NCBI GenBank assembly: GCA_963762565.1
Contig: CAVXLD010000012.1
Location: 416,001-480,000, forward strand
Direction of reading: 5' to 3'
DNA length: 64,000 nucleotides
DNA from: an uncultured Verrucomicrobiae bacterium
GTDB lineage: Bacteria; Verrucomicrobiota; Verrucomicrobiia; Chthoniobacterales; JAFAMB01
Part shown: piece by piece, positions 9,480 through 18,338 of the stretch
Position numbering within the stretch: position 1 is the stretch's first letter
How the letters are laid out: each line of letters starts with the position of its first letter
Notes under the pieces: model-generated
Databases searched by the model: none
Told to the model about the DNA's origin: nothing
Seen by the model: the letters and a program-made list of their open reading frames with translations, nothing else
Translations under genes and position numbers: made by a program

Positions 9480-11225
9480 TTAATTCGAAGGCGACCCTCC
9501 CGCCCTGCCGGTGGCCTCTGCTATAACCTGCGCCATGATGTGGCCGAGAGTCTTCAGCCGCTCAGGGATCTGGTGGAGACCAACCTTGCGACCAAGTTCC
9601 AAATATTGATCTTCTCGCGGGTCATACGCTGGCCATTGGGGCAATCCCTCAGAATTGGGGTCACCAGTCTTGGCAAACTGGGTCCAATAAAGACGCATTG
9701 TCCGGCCAAGGTTCTCTTCGGCCCCATCGTGTTCCCAGTCCGCTGGAAAAGAGTTGCTTAGGAATTCGAGTTCCTCACCGTGGTATGCCCCCAGGTTCGC
9801 GCGTTTCCCTTTTTCCGCGTATGTGAACTGATAAAGATAAGCTCTCCGACCCAGCCGCGTAGTCGCCTGGGCCAAAGAAAATGCACCGTAACCGAATAGA
9901 TCGTTCTCCAGCTTCAGGTACTGCTCAGGAACGGCTGCGTCGGATCGCGCTGGATACGCTTCAAATTCCTGGTCTGCGAACCGGCCGGTATCCTGATTGA
10001 GATAGATTCTATATTCAGCAAGCGTTTTCGGCCCGGCGTGACCAAACACCGTTGCTTCGTCAGCATTGCTGCCCATCAACACCGGAATATTGAGTTGTTT
10101 GGCTTCCGCGAAAATCTTCGCAGGCTGCTCCGGAATGACCCAGCCATCCACGATCGCGTCAAAACTAAGGCCGTGATCCTGCTGGCAGGCAGCCAGGATT
10201 TTGTCAGCAGGCACTCTACGCAGTTTTGCTAACGTGTCCGCGCCACCGGCTATTCCTAAATCATTCGCCAATCTTTCTCCAGAAGCCTCGCCTGTACTAG
10301 AGATCGAATTGTACGGAATAGGTGACCGGATGTCTTCGTTGAGCACGCTCTGACCTTCACCGCTCTCCAGAATTGCTCCTTGAAACAGTCCGCGAGCCAG
10401 CGGAGAAGCCATCAACAGACAAATATCGACTGCGCCTGCGGATTGTCCCATCACTGTCACTCGATTCGGATCACCGCCGAAACGCGAGATATTGTCTTGA
10501 ACCCAGCGCAGCGCTTGGAGTTGATCCAATAAACCGTAATTGCCGGAGGAGTGATGCTCCGACTCTGCAGTCAAGGCTGGGTGGGCAAAGAACCCGAATG
10601 GTCCAAGCCGATAATTGGCGGTTACCACCACAACCCCAAAACCCGACAGAGCGGGGCCAAGCGGAGTCAATTGGCTGTATCCGGCTCTGTTCGATCCGCC
10701 ATGAAAAAACACGATAACAGGGAGCTTGGCATCCGGAACGAACCGTGACGTCCAGATATTCAGATAAAGACAGTCTTCGCTCCAGCCAATATAAGGCAAC
10801 CAACCAGCCGGAAGTTGCGGAGCCGCTGGGCCGTACTGTTTCGCCTCACGTATGCCGGTCCATTTTTTCACCGGCTCCGGTGGCTTCCAGCGCAGCTCAC
10901 CTACCGGCGGTGCGGCATACGGCAGACCAAGGAAAGCAACACCACCGTGGTCATCGAAAGACGTTCCTTCCAATACGCCGGCTTCCAGTGTCACACTTGG
11001 CGCAGAAGAGCCCAGGGCAATCGACGCCTGACCAAGAGCGGCAACCGCCAGGGTTAGCAAGGATCGCAAAAAAAACTTAACAGGAGAACACAAAGGCCAC
11101 AAAGACTGACAACTTCCGAAGCGGCCTTGAATTCCACCTTTGTGTCCTTTGTGATCTTCTGTGAGCTCCCTTATTTTCGGTCTCATTACTCCTTTGCGTT
11201 CGTTCAGCTTCCCACCAATCACCAA
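9480..11225 (-). CDS. Type B carboxylesterase/lipase, probably secreted (true start probably near 11075)
   Basis: FLGLPYAAPPVGELRW, SEDCLYLN, GNYGLLDQ, GQSAG nucleophile, GAYHGEEL; the N-terminal ~50 codons overlap repeats. Confidence 0.9.
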   Translation of the reverse strand: MVIGGKLNERKGVMRPKIRELTEDHKGHKGGIQGRFGSCQSLWPLCSPVKFFLRSLLTLAVAALGQASIALGSSAPSVTLEAGVLEGTSFDDHGGVAFLGLPYAAPPVGELRWKPPEPVKKWTGIREAKQYGPAAPQLPAGWLPYIGWSEDCLYLNIWTSRFVPDAKLPVIVFFHGGSNRAGYSQLTPLGPALSGFGVVVVTANYRLGPFGFFAHPALTAESEHHSSGNYGLLDQLQALRWVQDNISRFGGDPNRVTVMGQSAGAVDICLLMASPLARGLFQGAILESGEGQSVLNEDIRSPIPYNSISSTGEASGERLANDLGIAGGADTLAKLRRVPADKILAACQQDHGLSFDAIVDGWVIPEQPAKIFAEAKQLNIPVLMGSNADEATVFGHAGPKTLAEYRIYLNQDTGRFADQEFEAYPARSDAAVPEQYLKLENDLFGYGAFSLAQATTRLGRRAYLYQFTYAEKGKRANLGAYHGEELEFLSNSFPADWEHDGAEENLGRTMRLYWTQFAKTGDPNSEGLPQWPAYDPREDQYLELGRKVGLHQIPERLKTLGHIMAQVIAEATGRAGGSPSN

Positions 11226-11280
11226 TCACCAATCACCAATCACCTTCACCTTTCACCTTTCACCTTTCACCTTCTTCACC
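11213..11280. repeat. Heptamer tandem runs (CACCAAT)n + (CACCTTT)n
   Basis: Direct reading; the same units recur at 14390-14680 and 62950-63010. Confidence 0.9.
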
Positions 11281-11839
11281 TCCCGGCCTTCCGTGAGTAC
11301 TCGCCCTTGAAGACGACTGTCCAAGAGCCTCCGTTATCCGCCGATTTCTCCCAAGATTGTTCAACCCTGTCTGGAGCTAGGCGAACAACCCGAATCCGGT
11401 TCAGAACCGCCTCTCCTGCCGGACCGCGACTCGGTCCATAAAACTCGGCCAGTCCTCCGCTTACTTTCCCGGTAAACACATGGACGCGGCCTTGATTGTC
11501 CGCGAACATCCCGTGCCAGGTTTTATCATCCGCACTATAAGCAAAAAGGTTTTCGCCTTTGTGACTTCGTCCGTCATCCCAGTTTTCGACCACCAGATAT
11601 TGGCCGAGAGCAAGAGACACGCGACTGGACGCCTCACTTGAACCGTTGGGATCTGTTATCGCCCAATCACCAAGCCAGAAATCGAATTGCCGGTTTTCCG
11701 GGTCGGTAGCCGCTGGGGTTTCAGCTGCGATGGCGCTGGGTTGAGCTGCGGAAATACATCCCGCGAGCGCCAGCATGAACAGCCCTGGCTGTAACCAACC
11801 GAAATTAAACAAGGAACGTGTGCCGATGAGTAGCCGCAT
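11276..11839 (-). CDS. Secreted beta-barrel protein, DUF1579-like
   Basis: Signal/lipoprotein-like N-terminus (LALAGC), QFDFWLGDW motif, C-terminal WEKSADNGGSW. Confidence 0.6.
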   Translation of the reverse strand: MRLLIGTRSLFNFGWLQPGLFMLALAGCISAAQPSAIAAETPAATDPENRQFDFWLGDWAITDPNGSSEASSRVSLALGQYLVVENWDDGRSHKGENLFAYSADDKTWHGMFADNQGRVHVFTGKVSGGLAEFYGPSRGPAGEAVLNRIRVVRLAPDRVEQSWEKSADNGGSWTVVFKGEYSRKAGR

Positions 11840-11902
11840 ACGAGATCATTCCCGAAAACTTGATGTGGCGCAAGATAGCGCTTACGGCATAATATAACTG
11901 TA

Positions 11903-12689
11903 ATGCGACAACAACTCCTAATTAGAGAGAATGACCCCAAGCCAGGGGAATCTGTCGCGACGCATTCCCGAGAATATCCTCGTGGTTCCCGCATTCCCGA
12001 GCATGCGCATGGCTCAGACCAATTGGTATACGCCAGCAGGGGGGTCATGGAGGTCTCTTCAGGTCAAAGTTTGTGGAAGATCCCACCGCATTTTGGTCTT
12101 TGGATTCCAGCGCGGACTGCGCATCAGATCCAAATGCCTGAAGCCGTTTCGATGCGCACGTTGTATCTTCGACCGGTGCGCACCCGGCTGGCTTCCTCAT
12201 GCAGCCGTGCTCCACGTCGGCGCCTTTCTCCGCGAGCTCATCATTGAGATTGTCCGAGTTGGCCGGCTCCGGGCGCGGAACCGGATCGAGTGCGCCCTCC
12301 GTGATCTCCTAATCGCGGAGTTGGAGCGAGCATCGCCTGTGCCCACCGGCATCATGTTCCCAGGAGACCCGCGCGCGTGCCGCGTTGCCCACCTGGTCAT
12401 TGAAGATCCGCGCTGCCCGGTCTCGCTAAAATCGATGTGTGCCTCTGCCGGGGTCAGTGTCCGCACCCTGGAGAGAACCTTTCGCCGGGAGGTCGGCACC
12501 GATTTTGAATGCTGGCGACGGCAAGTGCGCCTGATGAAAGCAATCGAGATGCTGGTTGCGGGCCGGAGGGTGAAAGAGGTCGCTTTCGCAGTCGGCTACC
12601 AGCATCCCGGCGCTTTCGTTGCCCTTTTTCGGGAGACATTCGGAACCACGCCCAAGGCATGGGTCGCAGCGTTGGAATGGCTGAATTGA
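11903..12689 (+). pseudogene. AraC-family regulator (cupin + HTH) split by a single-base frameshift near 12203
   Basis: Cupin (HAHGSDQLVYASRG, LWIPARTAH) in the frame of 11903; HTH (SVRTLERTFRRE, VAFAVGY, FRETFGTTP) in the frame of 11931; the frames join at TCATGC-A-GCCGTGCTC. Confidence 0.8.
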
Positions 12690-12765
12690 AGGCAGAAGCC
12701 GGGATCGCAAAAAGACTCAATAGAAGGACACGAAGGCCCCCAAAGACGGGCGAGTTCCCAGTACT

Positions 12766-12919
12766 GGGGAGGGATCGCGTCCTCGCGATCAGTTGTTACC
12801 GGAGCCGACGACGCGTTGTCATCACAGACGAAAATACACCTTGAGTTGTGGCACGTCCTCGCGGCGCGCGGGGATCCGCCGTCGCTAAAGCTATGGCGGA
12901 CAGGCAGCGCGCCCTCCCC
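12766..12919. repeat. Family B REP doublet carrying the 32 bp cassette E at 12875-12906
   Basis: GGGAGGGATCGCGTCCTCGCGATC ... GGCGCGCGGGGA[TCCGCCGTCGCTAAAGCTATGGCGGACAGGCA]GCGCGCCCTCCCC. Confidence 0.9.
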
Positions 12920-12947
12920 GATTTGCACGCCTACCGCGCGATCACGG

Positions 12948-13814
12948 TTAACGAAACGTTTCCCCAACCACTTTCCCAACATCCGCGAACGCTTGGTTGA
13001 TTTTGTCGCTCGAGGCACTGGATTCAACGGTGTAAACCACAATTAGAATCGGCGCCCGGTTCGGAGGCCGCGCAATTGCGACATCTCCGGTCGCTCCGTT
13101 CTTGGGGCCAGTGCCGGTTTTGTCTCCGATCTGCCAAGTCGACGGTAACCCGGCCCGTAAACGCTTGTCACCGGTCGTATTCTTAATCAACCAGCCTTCT
13201 AACTTTTGTTGTGACCCCGCGGATAGCTCCTGGTCCACCAGCAACGATTTCAAATCCTTTAACATCGAGGCCGGAGTCGTCGTGTCACGTTCATCGCCCT
13301 TGATCGCGGTATTTAACGTTGGTTCGTTGCGGTCAAGCCGGGTGATAGGATCGCCGATAGAACGGACAAATTCTGTGAGTCCGTGCGGCCCGCCGATCGT
13401 TTGCAGCAGTAGATTCCCGGCTGTGTTATCACTATACTCAATAGCGGCCGCGCAGAGGGCGTCCAGGGTCATACTGCCTTCCTGAACATGGTTTTCGGTG
13501 ATGGGTGCCCACTCCAGCATATCGGCAGGCCCATAAGAAAGCTTTCGATCAAGACGTTCCTGGTTCTGGTCGACGCGCTTAAGAACTGCTGCGGCAGCCA
13601 GCCATTTAAAAGTGCTGCACATCGGAAAACGGTCCTTGGCGTGGTAGTCAATGCTTCTACCGTTCGCCGTATCCAGAATAGCTACCCCGAGACGGCCTTG
13701 GAGATCTCGCTCGATCTCCGCAATTCGTGTGACTGCGGGTTGCGCGGTCTTTTGGTCATCCGCAGCCGGAGCAGACAGGCCTGAGAATAATTGAACTACT
13801 CCGATAGGTAACAC
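12948..13814 (-). CDS. bla: Class A beta-lactamase
   Basis: STFK (SxxK), SDN, RLDRNEPTLN (E166 omega loop), DKTG. Start placed at GTG 13814 (GGAG upstream; TTG 13829 is an alternative) because the ORF extension to 13991 is repeat DNA. Confidence 0.92.
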   Translation of the reverse strand: MLPIGVVQLFSGLSAPAADDQKTAQPAVTRIAEIERDLQGRLGVAILDTANGRSIDYHAKDRFPMCSTFKWLAAAAVLKRVDQNQERLDRKLSYGPADMLEWAPITENHVQEGSMTLDALCAAAIEYSDNTAGNLLLQTIGGPHGLTEFVRSIGDPITRLDRNEPTLNTAIKGDERDTTTPASMLKDLKSLLVDQELSAGSQQKLEGWLIKNTTGDKRLRAGLPSTWQIGDKTGTGPKNGATGDVAIARPPNRAPILIVVYTVESSASSDKINQAFADVGKVVGETFR

Positions 13815-13860
13815 CTTCAGTATCTCCAACCCGCTGCGCGGGTGCTTTTCGGCCTTGGCG

Positions 13861-13939
13861 CAGTACTCCAACACTCCGCACTCCATCACTCCGCGTGGCC
13901 GGATTCGAGGACGAGGACGACGACGATGACGAGAACGAA
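13861..13939. repeat. CACTCC-rich run + uninterrupted family F repeat (empty allele of the composite at 43182)
   Basis: CAGTACTCCAACACTCC...CCGGATTCGAGGACGAGGACGACGACGATGACGAGAACGAA aligns to 43182-43357 minus a 97 bp insert. Confidence 0.8.
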
Positions 13940-14014
13940 ACGCCTTGTGAGTGACCATGGATCCTTCATTGATCTCGTGAGATGCCGGCAAGCCGTTGGT
14001 AAAACCGAAGATAT

Positions 14015-14176
14015 TTAGAAGTGGAGAGCGATCTGGGACAGACTGAACAGGATGCTGATCACGCTGCTAGTGGCAAAGACTGCCCACACTGCAGACTCTG
14101 CAAGACCAGTATAACGAACTGCTCTTTGCGATTCTTGTTGAAATTCCGTGGTGGAAGAGAAGGGGATCATCTTCAT
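14015..14176 (-). CDS. Putative 53 aa small membrane protein (absent from the ORF track)
   Basis: MKMIPFSSTTEFQQESQRAVRYTGLAESAVWAVFATSSVISILFSLSQIALHF; single C-terminal hydrophobic helix; sigma54-like promoter upstream. Confidence 0.55.
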   Translation of the reverse strand: MKMIPFSSTTEFQQESQRAVRYTGLAESAVWAVFATSSVISILFSLSQIALHF

Positions 14177-14192
14177 AATAACAGCGTCATAC

Positions 14193-14207
14193 GCACGTCG
14201 CGTGCCA
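14193..14207 (-). promoter_or_regulatory. Sigma54-type -24/-12 promoter
   Basis: TGGCAC-GCGAC-GTGC versus consensus TGGCAC-N5-TTGC. Confidence 0.55.
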
Positions 14208-14224
14208 CGCTTTAAGCTGTCGCT

Positions 14225-14318
14225 TAAGTGACTGAAAATGAGTGCCTTACGGATGTACTTAAATTCGTGATCCTCTAAGAAACCATCTCAAAATAGGATT
14301 CAGGTTCTCAATTTGAGA
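14225..14318. promoter_or_regulatory. IHF-like site and paired palindromic enhancer (UAS) candidates
   Basis: TTTCAGTCACTTA on the minus strand (14225-14237) resembles WATCAA-N4-TTR; TCTCA-ATT-TGAGA at 14306-14318 with a partial copy TCTCA-AAA-TAGGA 20 bp away. Confidence 0.45.
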
Positions 14319-14351
14319 CCAAAAATGAAATAGCCGCAAGCAGGGCCTAAA

Positions 14352-14721
14352 GCCTCGCGCAAAGGACGCAAAGGGCGCAAGGGGGAGAGGGTGATTAGTG
14401 ATTAGTGATTAGTGATTGGTGATTGGTGGAAACCCAAATCACCGCAAGGGGAAGACAGGTGAACCGCAGATGTACGCGGATTTATTCTGATAGAGAAGCG
14501 AAGCCTAGTGGAGGTGCGAAGCGGTGAAAGGACTATCGCCTGACAGCTGCGGGATGAGTCTGCGAGTCCTGCGAAGGTAAAAAATGCAGGCCGCCTGTTC
14601 GCCACCCATTTTTGCGCGTTGTGTGCCTTCCGCCGCTACTAGGGTTTTCCACCAATCACCAATCACCAATCACCAATCACGTTCTTCTAACCTCTGCGCC
14701 CTTTGCGTCCTTTGCGCGAGC
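14352..14721. repeat. Family H nested inverted element enclosing inverted GTGATT(A/G)/CACCAAT heptamer runs
   Basis: GCCTCGCGCAAAGGACGCAAAGGGCGCA ... TGCGCCCTTTGCGTCCTTTGCGCGAG; homologs at 61597 and 62767. Confidence 0.85.
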
Positions 14722-14733
14722 CCCTTCCGCCTC

Positions 14734-15567
14734 TCACTCCGCCGCGGTCGTTGGCGCCGAGACCTGTTTCAGACCTTCCGGTGTGAATTCGCTATCGCTA
14801 AACGTGACGTTATGCTTAATCCGGGAGCCATCCAGTTCTGTGACTGAACCTTTCTTGGGATTCTGAACCGTCAGATTGGCCGGTATGGGCCGGCCTTTGT
14901 CATCGTTCGAGACACGAGTGGTGTCGATCCGCACTCTGAGCTCACCCGAAGGCAAATATTTCTCGATGCGCATCAGGACCAGGCGATTCGGATCGATCCA
15001 GGAACGCACTTTGGCGTATTCGGATTCTCCCTTGCTTGGTTTGGATTCGAGAACCGTGCAGTTGACGCCATTAACCAGGTCGGTGCCGGTTATAGTCTGG
15101 TTATCCCAAGATAATGGGTCTTCAATGACATCCAGGTAGGAGAGATCACTGCCGAAAAAAGGTTCGCGCAATTCAGAGGCGGTCAACTTCTGAGATTTAT
15201 CCGGAGGGGTGAAAAGTGTTCCACTTGCCGGGCCGCCTGCCTCTTGATGCAGAAGCACAGATTCGCCCTTTTGCGTCTGCGGCCAGAGCACTTGATAAAC
15301 CAAGTCGGTTGCCGACTTAGTTCGTCTCTCTTTGATTTGAATCTGTAACGTCTCCTCGCTCGCGTTTCCGGACGGTTTCACTTGCAACCGGAGACGCACA
15401 TAAGCATCCCCTTGCTGTTTAGCTGACACAGCCGAAGCCAAATCCTTTGGCGACAATTCAGCGGCCGATGCATCCACAAACGCCGTCAACGCCGTGAGCG
15501 CCGTCATCGCCGTGAGCTGAGTTAGCCAAGACGTCCTCCGACGCTTACAGGCATTGCAATAATTCAT
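14734..15567 (-). CDS. Outer membrane lipoprotein-sorting protein (LolA-like fold), secreted
   Basis: Signal peptide ending ASA; FFGSDLSYLD, CTVLESKP, YAKVRSWID, FSDSEFTPEGL pattern of the LolA-like family. Confidence 0.75.
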   Translation of the reverse strand: MNYCNACKRRRTSWLTQLTAMTALTALTAFVDASAAELSPKDLASAVSAKQQGDAYVRLRLQVKPSGNASEETLQIQIKERRTKSATDLVYQVLWPQTQKGESVLLHQEAGGPASGTLFTPPDKSQKLTASELREPFFGSDLSYLDVIEDPLSWDNQTITGTDLVNGVNCTVLESKPSKGESEYAKVRSWIDPNRLVLMRIEKYLPSGELRVRIDTTRVSNDDKGRPIPANLTVQNPKKGSVTELDGSRIKHNVTFSDSEFTPEGLKQVSAPTTAAE

Positions 15568-15647
15568 GTCAAACCTCCTGGATTGATTTTCTCAGTTGGC
15601 GCGACCTCGTCGTCGGCTCTCCTGAACTCCTGAACTCCTCGAACTCC

Positions 15648-16766
15648 TTAAGACCCGTGCAAGGTCTGCCCCGGCGTCACTCTTGAGCTGCGCCAGGCCG
15701 GGTACAGCCCGCTAAGCACACCGACCACGATGGCAATCGCAACGGATACCCCGAGCAGGCGAATCCCGATATCCGGCTCTAGAAGCCCGCGGACACTCGG
15801 TGCGGCTCCTATCATCCGAACGCCTACGACCCCGATCAGGACACCGACTATACCCCCAAGCAGACCCAAAATAGCTGATTCCCACAGGATCAGCTCAACG
15901 ATGCGGCTTCGTTTCCAGCCTAATGCGAGCAACACACAGATCTCCGTTGTCCGTTCGAAGACGTTCATCAACATGGTGTTCATCACGCCCAGAACGCCCA
16001 CGAGTACCGCGAGTAGAGAGGTACTCCAGCTCATCGCTCCTACAATACGAGAGACCTCGCTCTGGCTCAGATTCTCGCTGGCTACGATCGCGCGAGCTTC
16101 CGGTGTCAATTTGTCAATTTGTTCGCAAAGCTGTTGCACGTCCGCCCGGCTGGTGCCGGGAGTGAGCCGGATATCAATCACGTTGATTTTGTCTTGATCA
16201 CCGGTGATCTGCTGGAGCAATGGCAATGAAAGAATCACCGAGCCATTCTCGACCCAAGCGTTACCATCGACGATCCCAACGACTTTCAGTTCCGCGGTCT
16301 CGATTTGGATCGGATCGCCGACCTTCTTTTTAAGCACTTCGGCCGCCGTACGCCCAAGCACGACTGCCTTCTCTTGAGCATCGTCCGGCATTCTGCCAGA
16401 GATGATCTTCAGGTTCTTCCAGGTGAACCCACCCCATTCCCGAGCCGAGACCATTATCATCTCGGTATTTTCAACGCTCATGAGGTCTACCAAGATCGCA
16501 CAAGTGGCATCGACATGGGGGAGATGAGCAATCCGGTCCTGGGCCGCAGCACTGAATTCTTTCGGGACTAGCGAGCTGGTCATATTGCTGACCACGACAT
16601 CCGTCCCCCGCGCTTTCATCCCTGCCGCCCAACTTTTGTTGAGTCCGCGCGAAAGGCCCACTAGCGCGACGACTGCGGCAATTCCGATGGAAATACCTAA
16701 CAAGGTGAGAAGGGTGCGGGTTCGGCGACGGGTCAAACCCCGTATCACCACAGTCATAAAACTCAT
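15648..16766 (-). CDS. ABC transporter permease, MacB/FtsX/LolE family
   Basis: RTLLTLLGISIG, VMNTMLMNVFERTTEI, SGLYPAWRSSR. Confidence 0.9.
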   Translation of the reverse strand: MSFMTVVIRGLTRRRTRTLLTLLGISIGIAAVVALVGLSRGLNKSWAAGMKARGTDVVVSNMTSSLVPKEFSAAAQDRIAHLPHVDATCAILVDLMSVENTEMIMVSAREWGGFTWKNLKIISGRMPDDAQEKAVVLGRTAAEVLKKKVGDPIQIETAELKVVGIVDGNAWVENGSVILSLPLLQQITGDQDKINVIDIRLTPGTSRADVQQLCEQIDKLTPEARAIVASENLSQSEVSRIVGAMSWSTSLLAVLVGVLGVMNTMLMNVFERTTEICVLLALGWKRSRIVELILWESAILGLLGGIVGVLIGVVGVRMIGAAPSVRGLLEPDIGIRLLGVSVAIAIVVGVLSGLYPAWRSSRVTPGQTLHGS

Positions 16767-17515
16767 TAGTACGCTCCGTTACCTGTTTGCCGGTCCGACA
16801 CGGTCTGTCCGTCAATCATATGAATGATTCGCGACGCTCGATGGGCAATCCGGTCGTCGTGAGTGACGAGCACGAGCGTCATGTGTCGTTCCTGCTGGAT
16901 CTGGTTGAGCAAGTCGAGGATCATGGCCGTGTTGTCACTGTCCAAGTTGCCCGTCGGTTCGTCGGCGAGCAGCACAGAAGGGCTGTTGGCCAGGCTGCGG
17001 GCAATGGCTACTCGTTGTCTTTCTCCTCCCGACAATTTGTTCGGGAAGTGGTTCAGCCGGCCTTCCAGCCCAACCGCCTTCAAAAGCTCACGTGCTCGAT
17101 CCTTGCGTTTCGAGCTCGGCATCCGAGTCTCGAGCATCGGAATTTGCACGTTCTCTAATGCGGTGAAGGTCGGCAGAAGATGGAACGACTGGAAAATAAA
17201 CCCGATTTCCCGAGATCGGTAATCTGACGGATCGGATAAATCGGGGATTGATATTCCCCGGAACAATAAAGTCCCGGCGGTAGGCCGATCTAGTGCACCA
17301 AGCAGTTGAAGCAGAGTGGTTTTACCACAGCCGCTTGGACCCATGATGGCGATAAATTCTCTCTCTGGGATCTCTAGATCCAAACTTCGGAGAGCTTGAA
17401 CCGCGCCGTCATCAAAATCCTTCTTGAGCCCTGCCGCCTCAAATACGTTTGGAATTGGAGCGTCTGACATAGTGTCGACGGCCGCGGTTTCATTAGACCG
17501 AAGCGATGGCTGCAT
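16766..17515 (-). CDS. ABC transporter ATP-binding protein, LolD/MacB family (start 17515 or 17470)
   Basis: GPSGCGKT, GFIFQSFHL, LSGGERQRV, LADEPTGNLD, VTHD; stop overlaps the permease start. Confidence 0.92.
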   Translation of the reverse strand: MQPSLRSNETAAVDTMSDAPIPNVFEAAGLKKDFDDGAVQALRSLDLEIPEREFIAIMGPSGCGKTTLLQLLGALDRPTAGTLLFRGISIPDLSDPSDYRSREIGFIFQSFHLLPTFTALENVQIPMLETRMPSSKRKDRARELLKAVGLEGRLNHFPNKLSGGERQRVAIARSLANSPSVLLADEPTGNLDSDNTAMILDLLNQIQQERHMTLVLVTHDDRIAHRASRIIHMIDGQTVSDRQTGNGAY

Positions 17516-17768
17516 AAATAATTCCTGGCATCGGTGTTTTGGCCGACTTATTTCTTCCGTTATCTCAATTCGACGATCCGCTGACCTGATATTCTTCAAT
17601 CAAAAACGTAACCCCCATTGAGAGTTCGTTTTGCAGGCTTGGGCAGGTTGTAGCCTCTTGCCCCAGCCGTTGGAATCGGGCGACGAGAATAGCACGGGAT
17701 GCGTCAAGCGCGAAAAGAATTTCTTAAGCGGTCATTTGTGTCGGCCGATTGGTTGCTTTGCCCCTGAT

Positions 17769-17898
17769 GGGGGAGGGCGTGCGTCCCCGCGCGCCGCGAA
17801 CGGTCTGCATTGTGGACTTGGCCCAAGACAATTCATCGGGTCTACGCGGCCTTCGGTAACAATCCGGCGACTGCCGGACGACGACGCGATCTCTCCCC
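17769..17898. repeat. Family B REP doublet, empty (no cassette)
   Basis: GGGAGGGCGTGCGTCCCCGCGCGCCGCG ... CTTCGGTAACAATCC ... GACGCGATCTCTCCCC. Confidence 0.85.
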
Positions 17899-17919
17899 GG
17901 CGATGGGCGGGTTGTTCGT

Positions 17920-18254
17920 CCCAGCGCTCGGAGGGGAGCCGCTTTGGCGCGCATTGGGTGACCTCGCGATATTTGGTTCAGCGCTCCCTTTGCCAAAGAA
18001 TATCGCAACAGGCGGCTCCGCGAATAGCCCAGCTGCTCGCAGCTCGAGGGGCCGCGCTTAAACGAATCGAAAGTCACAGGTAAATGCATCACACTGGATT
18101 ATTTCCGGGAGCCGCTTGTTTTCACACGTTTTGCCCGGATTGGCTTTGCGGCGAAATGTGCTGGGCGGCTAGATGTGCGCCAAAGCGGCCTGCCCGACGT
18201 AGCCTCCCGAGTCTAGACGAAGGGGCGAAGTCCGCCTCTCCGCCGGGCGCTGGG
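17920..18254. repeat. Family A element whose right end is interrupted by an E-like hairpin cassette
   Basis: GGAGGGGAGCCGCTTTGG ... CCAAAGCGGC[CTGCCCGACGTAGCC...GGCGAAGTCCG]CCTCTCC. Confidence 0.85.
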
Positions 18255-18338
18255 TGATTACACGTCGCATCACCCGCCACGCTTTTCGAGGACGAGGACG
18301 AGGACGCGAACGCGGGCGATTGCCGGCGGCGAATCCCC

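Noticed and set aside
13815..13991. Long Arg-rich (Tat-like) N-terminus of the beta-lactamase
   Set aside because: Encoded by family F and CACTCC repeats that also occur intergenically
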